Numbered from the whole stretch's first letter, positions 11,149 through 23,262 are shown. The stretch is DNA of 63,988 nucleotides, filler included, from Polymyxa betae A26-41 (GCA_003693705.1; 7 parts of 7 records of this genome joined end to end with filler, not necessarily neighbours in it); one strand, 5' to 3'. Program-made: numbers and translations. The notes: generated from the sequence alone by a model not told the origin.

Positions 11149-13584
11149 ATGGAGAGGTCGACGCCGTCGCCGACACCGGCCGTGGCTCCGGTGTCCGTGC
11201 ATCGCTTCAATAATACGGATACAATTACTACATTAATGCACGCAATAGGTGTGAATGGCGCTCTTCTCCTTGTTGGTATTCTACTATTCAACCTTATTTG
11301 GAATCTTGAGGCATTCCGATCTGTGACGAGGTCGCGACTTTACGTTGCGGATGACGATGATCGCACGACACCACCGCCTCCTGATAGCAAATGGCTAACG
11401 CGTATTCTGTGGCTCCGTGGCGAAGACCTCATCGAAGTCGTCGGACTGGACGCATATTTCTACCTTCGGTTCCTTCGATTTGCGGTAATTTGATGCCGTT
11501 TATGTTTCAACCTTGTTCGCGTTACTCTGTGTTAACCTGTCATGAATTCACTCGTTTTTTCACTTCATGTTTTTCTTATTTACGTTACCCTCGTTTATTT
11601 CATTCAAGTAACTCAATTTCTTATTTTTTCATGCTGAATTCTATACTGATAGAATCTGTTCAGATTGTTTATTTCGGAATTTTGACGGCAATCTTCTGTC
11701 CAATTCTGATTCCATACAATATGTCCGCAGCCCAAGTTCAGGCCCGAGATCAAACTCGGCCTTTGGACGCGTTTCATTTCACGGAGCTCACAATCGGCAA
11801 CATTCGTAATAGCTCCGGGGCCCTCTGGCTCCATATCGTGTTCGCATATCTTCAGGCGGCTTTACTCATCGTCCTACTGGCCCGCGAATGTCAGCGTTAC
11901 GCTGCAGCCAGTGCGCGGCATCATCTGGGCGTTACACTTACGTTACAGGTCGAGTGCCTTCCCGTAGATCTGCGCAAGGACGCTGCTTTCGCGCGATTCG
12001 TCCGCGACGTGGCCGCCGACGACGCTGTCGTCCGTGCCCGTGTCGTCCGCACTCCGAAAGGGGCTGCGAGCCAGGTCGGATTCGTTACGCTGGAGTCGGT
12101 GGGGGCCGCAGCCCGTCTCATGTCCGCCATCAGCGTCCGGAGGCCGCAGGTGAGGGCGATGCGGGCCCCGCTCCCCGACGACCTCATCTGGGAGAATGTC
12201 GTGTGGCCACGCCGGGCCGTGCTGGCCCGCCGCTCGGCCTCCGCCCTGCTGGTCTGCGTGGTGATCGCGTTCTGGACGGTGCCGATGACGGCGATCGCGT
12301 CGTTGGAGCTGCTGCTGCCATCGTTTGCATCCGCGTGGCAGCCCTTGTTGGAGGGCGTACTGCCCGCCTGGTCGTTCCTGCTCCTGTTGACGCTGACGCC
12401 GCGCGTACTGGCCCGCCTGAGCCAACACGAAGTGCATGCGACGCATTCCGCCCGTCATGTATCTGTGTTTGAGAAGTTCACCTGGGTCCTGTTCTTCGAT
12501 TTCTTCCTGTTCGGGATATTATCGCGCGGTCTTATACAGACATTGGTGAAGACGGCCGCGCATCTGTCGTATCTGCAAGAAGCTATTGCTGCTACCATCC
12601 CTGAACAGTCCACAAGTACGTTCGCAACAAGATTTGCGTTCGTCTCCATATTGTTTTCAAACATTCAAATTTTCGTTTGTCTTTTTTCACAGCGCTTTTT
12701 TTTGAACTGAACTTTCGATATTCGACAGAATATCGATTTTTTTATTTAAAAAAATTCCTCGATCGTTAATTCTTTGTTTTGGCGGCACGCTGTTTCTTGC
12801 ATTTTGAATCATTTCATGAGCTGCCTCTGAATATGCTCAGGTGTGATCATCTATCTATTATCATTCACTTGTATCACATTACCATTAGTGGATCTGAACC
12901 AGATTCTTGCCACCATCGTCTTCCTCTTTAAGCGTTTTGAAAGTCCAGGGACTCTGCCGTTATTTTCATACGGTGAATATTACTCATATCAAGTAAATCC
13001 ATTCTCTAATCGGATTCTTTATTCATTTTGTTGACTGTCCGCGCCACTTCTGCAAAATCCTTTTACCGGTTGTTTCTTCTCTTAATCCCGCAATTTTTTC
13101 ATTTTTTCACGGATATTTTCACAAAAACTAAGGTTGAAATTGAGCCATGATATCCCACTTACGTTTCTCATAGGTGTTACACATACTGATGGGCTACACT
13201 TACGCTACGATCGCGCCATTAATGTTACCCTTCGTGCTGCTGTATTTCGTGATCAGCGCGGGTGTCTCCAAGATCCAGTTCTGTTACGTGTACGGACGCC
13301 GCGAGGGCTGCGCCACCCTGTACCCCATTGTCGTGGGACGGACTATCGGCACTGCTATGGCTGGCTGTGCCATTCTCATGTCGATCATGATCTCCAAGTC
13401 CGCCACAGTCCAGGCTCTGAGTCTGGCCCCGATCCTGGTCGTACTACCCTTCGCCCATTTCCAGCTCCGGAAGCAGTGCCAGCGTCCACCGAATATCGAA
13501 GTTGAAGCGGCTTTCAATGATGGGTCCGAATATCGGCCGCCATGGCAGAACAAGACCAAACTCCGCAGCTCACACTCTGTATAA
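11149..13584 (+). CDS. OSCA/TMEM63/CSC1 calcium-permeable stress-gated channel (approx. 4 exons)
   Basis: GLDAYFYLRFLR, LTIGNI, LWLHIVFAY, APLPDDLIWENV, YATIAPLMLPF motifs; T-rich introns at approx. 11485-11663, 12617-12840, 12993-13172. Confidence 0.92.
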
Positions 13585-13801
13585 TAAATCCCAATCTTAA
13601 TATCCTCATACACATTTTGGGCGCCGAATACTTTGGAAACAGGAATCTCACCATTTATAGTTCGTATTTTATTTATTTTTGTAAAAAATATAAATAAATA
13701 GAAAGATATCTTACTGACAAAATATTCTTGTGTTGGCGACCATCTACCGGTAAGCTGTGAAGTCATATTCGTTGAATTTGCAGTGCCAAGAATCGAAGTC
13801 C

Positions 13802-15624
13802 ATGACGGAAACTGCGCAAGCCATCTTGGACTCCGTAAAAAGCCATCCAGCACCCAGACCAATCCCACGGTCCTCTCCGAGAGTGATGCGAGTGAGGCGC
13901 GTGCCATCCTCTCGGGTCTCATTCAAAGCTCGCAGGTTACCCCTGTCTCGCTACGTTACGCCCATGACTGTCACGGCCACAGCAGCTCCGTTGCGGACTC
14001 CGCGCAAGCGCCTGTTCGTATTCCTGGACGGGACCTGGGTCGGTTCGCCTTATAGACCGCTTCGCTCACGTTACTAACCCATTGTCCTGCGCAGAACGAA
14101 CCTGCGTCGAACACCAATGGTAACGTCAAACACTGTAACGTACAGACAGCTCGATAAGATGTGGCGTTACAGTCTGGCGCGCTCATACCATGGTCCTGGG
14201 GCCTGTTGGTGATGATGGGGTCCCGCAGCTATGTTATTATAATGAAGGTATGGGGAATGCTGGCCCCACGGACTATGTCCTGGGCGGGTTCTTCGCGTTT
14301 GGTCTTGATCAATGGATTAAGTCCGCCTATGGCTGGATTATGCAACATTACACTCCGGACTGCGATCTGTTCCTATTCGGATTCAGTCGCGGGGCTTATA
14401 TGGTCCGTAACTTGATCGGAATGATCCATGACTGCGGCCTCCTGTTACCGGGCTCTCCTATCAACCTCGATCAGCTCTATGATCGTTACCGAGCCATCTC
14501 TCATATTACACCTGCCCCGCCCACTCTACAACAGATCCGCAGAACCCCAGAACAGTTCACTATCAAGGACTCCTTCCTCGAATATAACATGAACCAATGG
14601 AGTCGTGCCAACGTTACATTTCGTTACGTAGGCATATTTGATACGGTAAACCGGTAACGTTAGGTTATTTGGCAGATTGCGACCCTTTCCACCGAGTTTC
14701 GATGTATTCGGTTCCAGTTTCTGTTTGGGGTTAAGAACTTTTCATTTTCTGGCTCTTCACATTTTTTAGGGTTAGGGTTTGAATACTCGTCTAGGTCGGA
14801 GCGGGCGGAATTCCAATCGGTAATTTACAGAACGTGTCTAATTCGACTCTTTGCTGGAATGAGGTTGGAGTGAATAAATTGATCTTATCCGGACGGCATG
14901 CACTGGCACTGGACGAGCATCGGTTCTTGTTTCGACCCAGTACGAATTACGTTACCCGCATTACGTGACCATCAGTGACGGTGACACACAGCGCTCTGGA
15001 CGATGAACAAGAAGAATTCGAACCAGTACGCGGAGATCGCCAGACGGGTCGAACAGCGCTGGTTTGTTGGAGCGCACTGTAACATTGGCGGGGGGTCCTC
15101 AAACGATTTGTTACAGCAGGTAACGTGTTCACAGTGCTGATCCCAGAGCATTCATCATGCGATTAGATTCCGTTACGTTGGATCATAGAGGGCGCTATAC
15201 AAGCGGGCATGCAGATCAATTGTGATCAAATACTCCGCACGGAGTCCGCGGAGGCCACCGCCAGTCCGATCGTCAACTCATTGGCGCTGTTCATCGGCGG
15301 ACTGTACCAATGGATCCCTATCATCGGCCGTCCATGTACGCATATGTCACGTTACCCTGTAACATCCACTTTACGTTACCACTAGATTACCGATCCATTG
15401 GCGGATCTGAGACAGACGTTGTTAATATCAATGAGACCATCGATGCGTCCGTGTTCCGGCGCTGGCAGCTCGATCCGTCGTACCGGCCACGGAACCTGCG
15501 TGTCTGGGCGGATCGGTTCGGCCTCGATCTGGATTCGTGTAAGTGCGTGAGCCGTGCCGCTGCTGATGGTAACGTTACTTGTTGTTCAACTGGTTCGTTA
15601 CGATTGGCGACTGATGCTGCGTGA
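13802..15624 (+). CDS. DUF2235 / T6SS Tle1-like alpha/beta hydrolase (phospholipase-like), multi-exon
   Basis: KRLFVFLDGTW, SNTNVWR (via a 25-nt micro-exon 14095-14119), LFGFSRGAY nucleophile, YVGIFDTV, HALALDEHR, EQRWFVGAHCNIGGG, IPLRWI. Confidence 0.9.
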
Positions 15625-16200
15625 TCAGGTCGGGCAGTGTCCGCACAGGAGGTCGCTCCGGTCCAAGAGTCGAGCGTGGCCTCTCACGGACTTAATCACC
15701 CTGTGATTGAAAAGATTCCGTGGCTGATAGCTTCACTCCGATCCATCACTGCCTAAATATTGCTACTTATACCTATAAACTCTATAATTACGATACACTG
15801 TTACTCCTAAGTCGCTTTTGTTAGTCGATTGAAATACAAAATTCCGATTCGTGGAACACTTCTGGAGATATCATGAAGCTGTCACCAAGAGCTCGCTGTT
15901 ACGCATTATTGGAGCATGACGGAAGATCTCATGCAAACGTTTACAGACTCATGGTGGTCAAGGTATACGACTGCCGTCTTTTCAGGGACTGCCCACCTGG
16001 TGTGCTGCGTATGCTGAGTTATGGAGGCTTGCCAGGCAGTGAGACGCCGGAATTGCAACACCGCTAGCAGATGTCGAAAAGGATGAATGTGAGCTGTAGA
16101 AGCTTGGTATTATTTCGATTACAAGAAGAAGAAATGTGAAGGGAGAGAATACTCTCATTGATGAAGATTACGCAGATTCTGCTTCACATCAGCGGAAAAT

Positions 16201-16854
16201 TCAGGACCCGTGAGATATTCGAGCACTTAAAGTCACAGGGTCACCTAATTGCAGAGTAATATCACCGAGATCGACATGATCGCCAATCTGATGTGGGATC
16301 TTTGCGCCAATCGGTATCACATGATCGTGTTTTAGGCGCAGGGATGTCACATGGTTTTGAATCCCTTGTGATACAAATGAATTCACGAAAGGAATTGGAT
16401 CAGAAGGAATATCAACATTCCGAACGAAATCTTTGATGGTAATATCGGCGTGGCAGTGCAAATTCAGCTTATGAACTGGCCCAGGAACGCCAACAACAGA
16501 TATACGGATATCCATCACGAGGACAAACGTGGCGACCACAATGCGACCAAGTCGTAACAATAGGAGGGCATGCTGATCACCTTCAAATTTACATGGTAAC
16601 TCATAATGGAGTGATGACGCCTCAGTTACCGTTAGACTTGGATCTCCATTTGCGAACACCTTCGTGCTAAACGATTGATTCATAAAGAGAACACCAAAAT
16701 TGAGGCTGTTGAGTGCATTGAATTGACCCGAAGTTTCCACAAGTTGTGTAATTTCTGGTATCAGTCGATCTCGGAAGGTTGCCCAATTCAGGTCCATTTT
16801 AACATAGGTCATCGTCTGAACAAGCTCCGAAATCCACTGTGATGTCGGAGCCAT
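16201..16854 (-). CDS. Hypothetical beta-rich protein, paralogue A
   Basis: Intact 217-aa ORF aligning over its full length with 17561-18253 (MAPTSxWISELVQ, ASSLHYELPCK, LVATFVLV, LGDPVxLSAxIxH). The upstream MQSDDES extension has TAG where copy B has GAG. Confidence 0.7.
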   Translation of the reverse strand: MAPTSQWISELVQTMTYVKMDLNWATFRDRLIPEITQLVETSGQFNALNSLNFGVLFMNQSFSTKVFANGDPSLTVTEASSLHYELPCKFEGDQHALLLLRLGRIVVATFVLVMDIRISVVGVPGPVHKLNLHCHADITIKDFVRNVDIPSDPIPFVNSFVSQGIQNHVTSLRLKHDHVIPIGAKIPHQIGDHVDLGDITLQLGDPVTLSARISHGS

Positions 16855-17039
16855 CTAGCTTTCGTCGTCACTTTGCATAGAGCGATGTTTATGACAGACT
16901 GGGTCGCATCAATGGAGGTGCAAACGTAATTAGGAAGAAAGCAGAATGAGTATGTATAAAAATATCAGACAAAATGGGTGAAGGAAATGAGAGGCTGGAA
17001 AGTTCCCTTCATTCTTTTCCTTCTCCATGTTGTCATTTT

Positions 17040-17160
17040 GATCAGTGGCTCCTCTATATTTTTCCAAAAACCGTTAAATTTGTTACGTCCAAGCGACTTG
17101 GTTAAAGTATCGGCGATCATCTCTTGAATAGAGCAATTTTTACTCGATATCCCTTTTGAC
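17040..17160 (-). pseudogene. Copia RNase H C-terminal fragment
   Basis: CSIQEMIADTLTKSLGRNKF. Confidence 0.75.
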
Positions 17161-17560
17161 CAACAACAGGTGGCTGCCTGCACTGTCAATATCTCCAAGC
17201 CCTCCGAAGGGCTGAAATACGATCATCATTCATGGGCTGACCCACTCTGCCGAAAGGTGCGAACAAATAGTGCAATCCAATCCAATCCTTTTCAGGCTGT
17301 GCACATTCGGTGTGCGGCGTATGCTGATTAGAAGGCTTGCCTGGCAGCCAGCTGCCGGCCTTGCAATACCGCTAGCAGAAGTCATAAAGGTTGAATATGA
17401 GCAGAATTATCTTGGCTTAATTTCAACCTCCAAGAAGAGGAGATTTGATGCGATAGAACAGCTTAGCATCAGAAACCGAGCTCGGGGATGACACGGGAAA
17501 TGGACGCTCGATCTCAGTGATAAAGATTACACAGATTATGCTTCACATAAGCGGATAAAA

Positions 17561-18253
17561 TCAGGGCTCGTGAGTTATTTGAGCACTTAAAATCACAGGG
17601 TCGCCTAATTGAAATGTAACATTACTGAGGTTGAAATTGTCGCCAAACTGATGCGGGATCTCTGTTCCAATCTGTATCTCCTTGTTCAGTTTTCGGCGCT
17701 TGGCCTTGGATGTCACATAGTCGTTAATGCGTCGTGATACGCGTGGATTAAGGCCAGGAACTAAATCAGTAACAATTTTAACTTTCCGAATAAAATCTTT
17801 GATACTGATATCGGCCTGCCAGTGCACTTTCAGCTTCTGAACTGGACCAGGAGCGCCGACAACATTTATACAAATATCCGCCACGAGGACAAACGTGGCC
17901 ACCAAAATGCGACTACGTCTGAAAATGAATAAAGTATGCCGATCGCCTTCAACTTTACATGGTAACTCATAATGAAGGGATGATGCATTAGTTACCATTA
18001 GACTTGGAGCTCCATTTGTGTACAACTTCGTGTTCAGCAATAGATCGAAACGGAGAAATCCAAAAATGGACCAGATGAGTGAGTTTTGATTGAAATCATC
18101 CACAGTGTGCAGATAATGTGATATTTCTGGTAATATCAGTCGATCTCGGAAGGTTTCCCAGTCGAGGTGCACTTCAACATAGGTCATCATTTGAACAAGT
18201 TCCGAAATCCACTCTGATGTCGGAGCCATCTCGCTTTCGTCGTCACTTTGCAT
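17561..18253 (-). CDS. Hypothetical beta-rich protein, paralogue B (230 aa)
   Basis: Intact ORF; tandem duplicate of 16201-16854 with conserved flanks. Confidence 0.72.
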   Translation of the reverse strand: MQSDDESEMAPTSEWISELVQMMTYVEVHLDWETFRDRLILPEISHYLHTVDDFNQNSLIWSIFGFLRFDLLLNTKLYTNGAPSLMVTNASSLHYELPCKVEGDRHTLFIFRRSRILVATFVLVADICINVVGAPGPVQKLKVHWQADISIKDFIRKVKIVTDLVPGLNPRVSRRINDYVTSKAKRRKLNKEIQIGTEIPHQFGDNFNLSNVTFQLGDPVILSAQITHEP

Positions 18254-18558
18254 AGAGAGATGCGTATGACAGACTGGGTCAAATCAATGGAGAGACAAAA
18301 GTAATTGGAAAGAAAGCAGAATGAGAATGTATTATTGAATAAAAATACGAAACAAAAATGTGTGAAGGAAATGAGAGGCTGGAAATTACCCATAATTCTC
18401 TTCCTTCTCCATGTTGTCATTTTGATCAGTGACTCCAATAATTTTTCGAAAAACTATAAATGTGTTACCTCCAAGCGACTTGGTTAAAATATCGGCGATC
18501 ATTTTATGAGTTGAGCAATATTCAATTCGATTTCCTTTTGAGAGTAAGATCACGGATA

Positions 18559-19543
18559 CGACCCTGCTACTTATGAACCAGTTGCAGCTGTAAAACGTGC
18601 GCAACCTCCCAATAAGGTTGCGCCAGGCTTAGAGTGCGTTTGGCAACAAAAGAGTACAAAACCGTAGTTTTCTTAAAACTACCGTTTTCTGCGGGGACCA
18701 CCACAGTTTTAGTTTTTGTACAGTTTTGTTGCCAGACGCACTTCAAAAACTACAGTTTTGCTGCCAAATAAAATAATAGCCACTTTGAGAAAAGCAACCA
18801 TCTGCTATATTCTTGACTCATCGGTGCTCAAACAGAGCCATGGCTTGCCGACGATGTAGAAAAGGTCCATTCGCACTAAAGTATCGATTTTGGCCTGGAC
18901 TCTGGAGGTGCGACATGGCTCTTTCAGCAGATACACGGTGACGTACCAGGCTGTTACGAAGACGGTAATCAGCTCTACGAGATCCATAACAACAGTTATG
19001 TGAGAAACCGTTGAAATTTTATTCGCAATTTCGAGTTTAGTTTCAAAACTGAACCAAAACGGAGCTCAGAGCTCCGTTTCAAAACTACAGTTTTGGTGCA
19101 GTTTCGAAAACTGAAACTGAGCCTCAGTTTTGGTTGCCAAACGCGCATTGTTTGCAAAACTGCCGAGAACTCCCGTTTGGAACAAAACTGAGGCAAAACT
19201 GTAGTTTTGCGTGGTTGCCAAAAGAGTCGCAACCGGGGTGCAGCCTTCCTATAGTGGGAAGCCTTATATGCCCTCTATCTCGTGGTGAGCTGGCCAGCGT
19301 AGCTTCAAGCAAAAGGCGGTAGCTCGAGATGTCGACAGCAGCCCATCACCAGGCGATCTGATACGTGACCAATTTCAGTAGCAATTGAGGCGCGTAAACA
19401 TAAGCAGAACGAGGCCTCATGAAGACTGCTTCCGCTATAGCCAGGAGGCTGCACCCCGGTTGTGACTTTAAGCATTTTCGCAACCTTATAGGGAGGTTGC
19501 GTACGCTGTGTATCAGCAATTGGTTGCGAACGTACCAGGGTCG
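18559..19543. mobile_element. Non-autonomous Mutator-like element (CGACCCTG...CAGGGTCG) with 9-bp TSD TCACGGATA
   Basis: Long imperfect TIRs containing CGCAACCTCCCxATAAGGTTGCG; identical 9-mers at 18550-18558 and 19544-19552. Confidence 0.9.
18632..19228. mobile_element. Nested PIF/Harbinger (Tourist-like) MITE inside the left TIR of the MULE
   Basis: Begins TTA|GAGTGCGTTTGGCAAC. Inverted copies GTTGCCAGACGCAC, GTTGCCAAACGCGC and GTTGCCAAAAGAGTC; many AAAACT(A/G)..AGTTTT subterminal palindromes. The host TIR resumes at approx. 19230. Confidence 0.6.
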
Positions 19544-19840
19544 TCACGGATATTATGATAACGGCGACCGTAATACAAGATTGGTTGTCTTTATTAATTG
19601 TGAGAGGCTTTTGAATATTTGCACCTGGAAGATTATTATAATTCATAAAACCATCAAATTTCAGCGGTGATTTCCGATAAAGAAGTATTTTCTGCTTCCG
19701 TAGTCAAGAAACCTTTACCTGCATTGGAGCGGAGACAGCCACCGTCAAACGGAATAATTGCGCAAATGAACACACTAAATGAATTCAATACAAATTGGGA
19801 CTTTTATTTTCGCAAAAGTTGTATTTTGAAAAGATATTGT

Positions 19841-22340
19841 TCAGAAAACACTTTTCTTGCGTGGTAGAGCAGTAACAGACAGGCGACATATTGGACAATT
19901 GAGTTTGCACACCCTATTTCGCCATTCTCTTAAACAATGATCATGAAATTGGTGACTGCATTTCAGCTCAATAAAATACTTCTGATAGTACATTGGGTGA
20001 AGGCAGATAGAGCATTCATGAGACATTATGACCTAAAGTGCAGTTGGAAACAATCGAAATAAACGTTGTGTTGTTTTGACAAACAAATTGAACTTCGCAC
20101 AAAATATCGAATAAACGTACTGAACTCGCATGAAAGCATGTAAAACCAGAAATGGCAAAATTACATCGTAGATTCCATTGTCATTTTCCAGAATGAAAGA
20201 TTCAACCCATCGGACAAACTCCCTCAAGATCGAAGGCTCTATCTCATGATATCTCAATGATGGTTGAATCTGCTTCGTAAACTTAAGAACAGCAGAGCAG
20301 CTGCCTTCGGAGCGCATCCTGTCTAAGGCTTAAAGTCAGCGGTCCAAATTGGTACAGTATAGGCGTAAGCGGACCATAGAAGGCTCCCCGATCTTCATCA
20401 AAGAAGAAACGAGGAAGATCGCGTTCGATGATGAAGAACGTCAATGCTTGAATGATGGGAGGCGCTCGTATGAAAAGCGATCGAACAATGGTGGATAAAA
20501 TGGGATAAGCGCGGCCTTGTTGTGATTGTAAAATGGGATTGAAACCTGGGTGGAAAGAGATCGCCAATGCAGCCAGTTGGTTCATGTTACAAGTGCCGAA
20601 GAACCTCCACAAATTCACAGAGAACGCTACGGAAATAAAGTTGCTGATTGGTGTCAGATTCCTGAAGAGGAATTGAATGGAGAGGAGAACATTTGAATGA
20701 GGTTTTCACCTTGAAGTTAATAAAGCGATTCCTGATTTCAGTATGACGTAATGATAGAGTGTCTTTGGGCAAATAATGTCTCAGGAGATGCACAATATCT
20801 TTCAGGGGAAGTTCATTAGCGCAGATAATCAGAGACATGAAATGGGCGGCAACATCATCATGATGGACAATACGAGCGGACACAGATTCGGAAGCGAGGA
20901 GATGAATAAGCAGGTCTTCATCACGGCATTCCAATGTCGTGGTGATAACATTAAGGTCTTCCAAATATCTGAAAGATCAGTTAGACGATTGAGTAGAATG
21001 GTGATAAGATCATCAGATGATGAACAATTAGAGATCATCAAATGAAAGTACAAAAAGGGAAAAGATCATCAATTAGACAATCTGTTAAGAAACAATAAAT
21101 TGAAATCTTCAAACCAAAGAAAACACTTTTTTTGGTGAAAGTGATTGACTTTGTGATAATAAGTCTCCACATATACAACATTTCAGATGGAGTTGCATCA
21201 TCAACATTCTTCCCGATCATATCTTCACATAATAATATCCGCATAGTGTATGATGTAGTCCAAGACAGGGTGGAGTCGAAATTGGTTCCGTATGGACATG
21301 ACTGCTGACGATGATATTGTAGCCTATAGATATCGTTACCAATTACGCTATATGAGATAGAATATCGTTACCATCTAGGAAACAGCACATTCAATAGAAA
21401 GTAGGGGTAATTCAGTCGACATATAGCCCTGTCGGTGAATTGTTTCAAATCGAATGTGAGCTCAGACGCAGTCCTAACAGAATTACGAATCAGGAAATGG
21501 GCGCGACTAAAACACAGTAACAAAACAATGACAAAAATATCGAAAATTCGGAATAATCGGTGAGCTTTTTCACATTTTGTACCTTTCTCCCAGAAAGAAT
21601 ATGATCGAAGCTGTAACACCAGTTGGAAAACTAGAAAAACCGATTCCGTTTCTGTAACATAATCAGATGAAATGTTGCATGAGATTGTTGATTCAACACA
21701 CCTGTATAGATTATTAATTAATTGTTGAGTGTAGCAGTTCTCAATATCATTCAATCATCCAGGAGGAATCTCACGAAGCGTGTTCCGGATAGGCCAATTG
21801 AGATTATGTGACATGACAGCCTCGCTCAGTGCCAGCAGTAACGAATCGCACCCATACCACGTTACAATCCATTCTACGGGTAATAAACGCATTAAGGGCC
21901 GCAAAAACCTCCAGAGCGGTGTATCGACTGAGAGGTCTGAACAATTATTGAGACAATAACGCAATGTATGAAGAAGCCATTGTGTGATATCATGTCTATG
22001 AGATGGAGGCGGTGTCTCAATACTCATCAGACCCAATTGTTTAAAGACATTCGATTCTGTTGGGCCCAGTTGAAGACAGCGATCCAGCTGCCAGCAACAG
22101 CGCTCAACATCCTTGGCGAAGTTCAGCTGAGATGAGGTGGGAAGAATGCTGTTCCAGGGCCTAAAACGGAGATGTGAACGATCATGGGGAGTGCATCATA
22201 CAGATTACTTGGGAGGGAATCTCCGAGAGAGGTCGTTGAGGCGGTCTATCATATGTGATGGGAGCTGCTGAGAGAAGAGAGGGATGGACAGGAGCAGGGC
22301 CAAATCGAACAGCTGCGATCTCAAGACGGAGCCGATCATG
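19841..22340 (-). pseudogene. Large fragmented gene ending in a RING-H2 domain (putative E3 ligase); possible N-terminal signal peptide
   Basis: CSICLHPM...LKCSHQFHDHCLREW...CPICR at 19841-20026. A chain of same-strand ORF pieces extends to a hydrophobic MIGSVLRSQLFDLALLLSIPLFSQ segment. The joining of pieces is uncertain. Confidence 0.55.
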
Positions 22341-22861
22341 GCTGGATACGGCTCTGATACGAGCGTCGCTTCTTGCTTCAAATAGAGAGCTGGAGAAGGA
22401 GGGACAACAATCAAATGGAATCGAACACCGGAACTCCGTGGCTCTGTCAGGTCCCGCAATTTGGCTCCTGCGTTATTTTAGGGTCAATTTAACAGGAGGC
22501 TACGGTAATTTTCGCGATTATAACATAAAATTATAAATAGATAGGATATTTATTATTCAATCTGAATTGAAAATTCGGCAGCCTGTTTTGGCGGCTGAAC
22601 CGCCATGTCAATGACAAGGCGTATGGTGCTGCCAGTTTTTTTTTGAGGTAATATACCGAAGGTCCGGCATTTCCGGAATGACCGCAGCCGGCAGCGCGAT
22701 TGTTATTTGAAAAATCTGTAACGTATGGCCTTGGAAGTAATGCACGATGGCCTTACTTTGGAGGTCGTCCAGAATGTTATTTTCGTGGGCCGGATCGACG
22801 TAGTCCACTGGGTCAACCGTGCTCTGTTTCAGTGAGAGCAAAACATGGCTCCCATCTTCAG

Positions 22862-22961
22862 NNNNNNNNNNNNNNNNNNNNNNNNNNNNNNNNNNNNNNN
22901 NNNNNTTAATTAATTAANNNNNNNNNNNNNNNNNNNNNNNNNNNNNNNNNNNNNNNNNNNN
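22862..22961. other. Artificial scaffold spacer (also 37126-37225, 40934-41033, 46485-46584, 50529-50628, 59637-59736)
   Basis: N44-TTAATTAATTAA-N44 pattern with stops in all frames. Confidence 0.98.
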
Positions 22962-23262
22962 TGGAACGATGACAGGTGACGGAGAAACGTCATCTGAAGC
23001 GATGACAGGTGACGGAGTAACGTCATCTGAAGCGATGACAGGTGACGGAGTAACATCATCTGGAACGATGACAGGTGACGGAGTAACATCATCTGAAACG
23101 ATGACAGGTGACGGAGTAACGTCATCTGAAGCGATGACAGGTGACGGAGAAACATCATCTGGAACGATGACAGGTGACGGAGTAACGTCATCTGAAGCGA
23201 TGACAGGTGACGGAGTAACGTCACCTGAAGCGATGACAGGTAACGGAGTAACGTCATCTGAA
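22962..23262. repeat. 33-bp coding minisatellite, at least 9 copies
   Basis: GATGACAGGTGACGGAGTAACGTCATCTGAAGC units, truncated by the gap. Confidence 0.95.

Larger units (their letters stand above)
18430..19760 (-). pseudogene. Copia RNase H fragment split by a MULE insertion
   Basis: FLTTEAENTSLSEI (approx. 19670-19710) and KPLTINKDNQSCI (approx. 19575-19615), then after the insertion IEYCSTHKMIADILTKSLGG (approx. 18465-18530). Confidence 0.8.
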
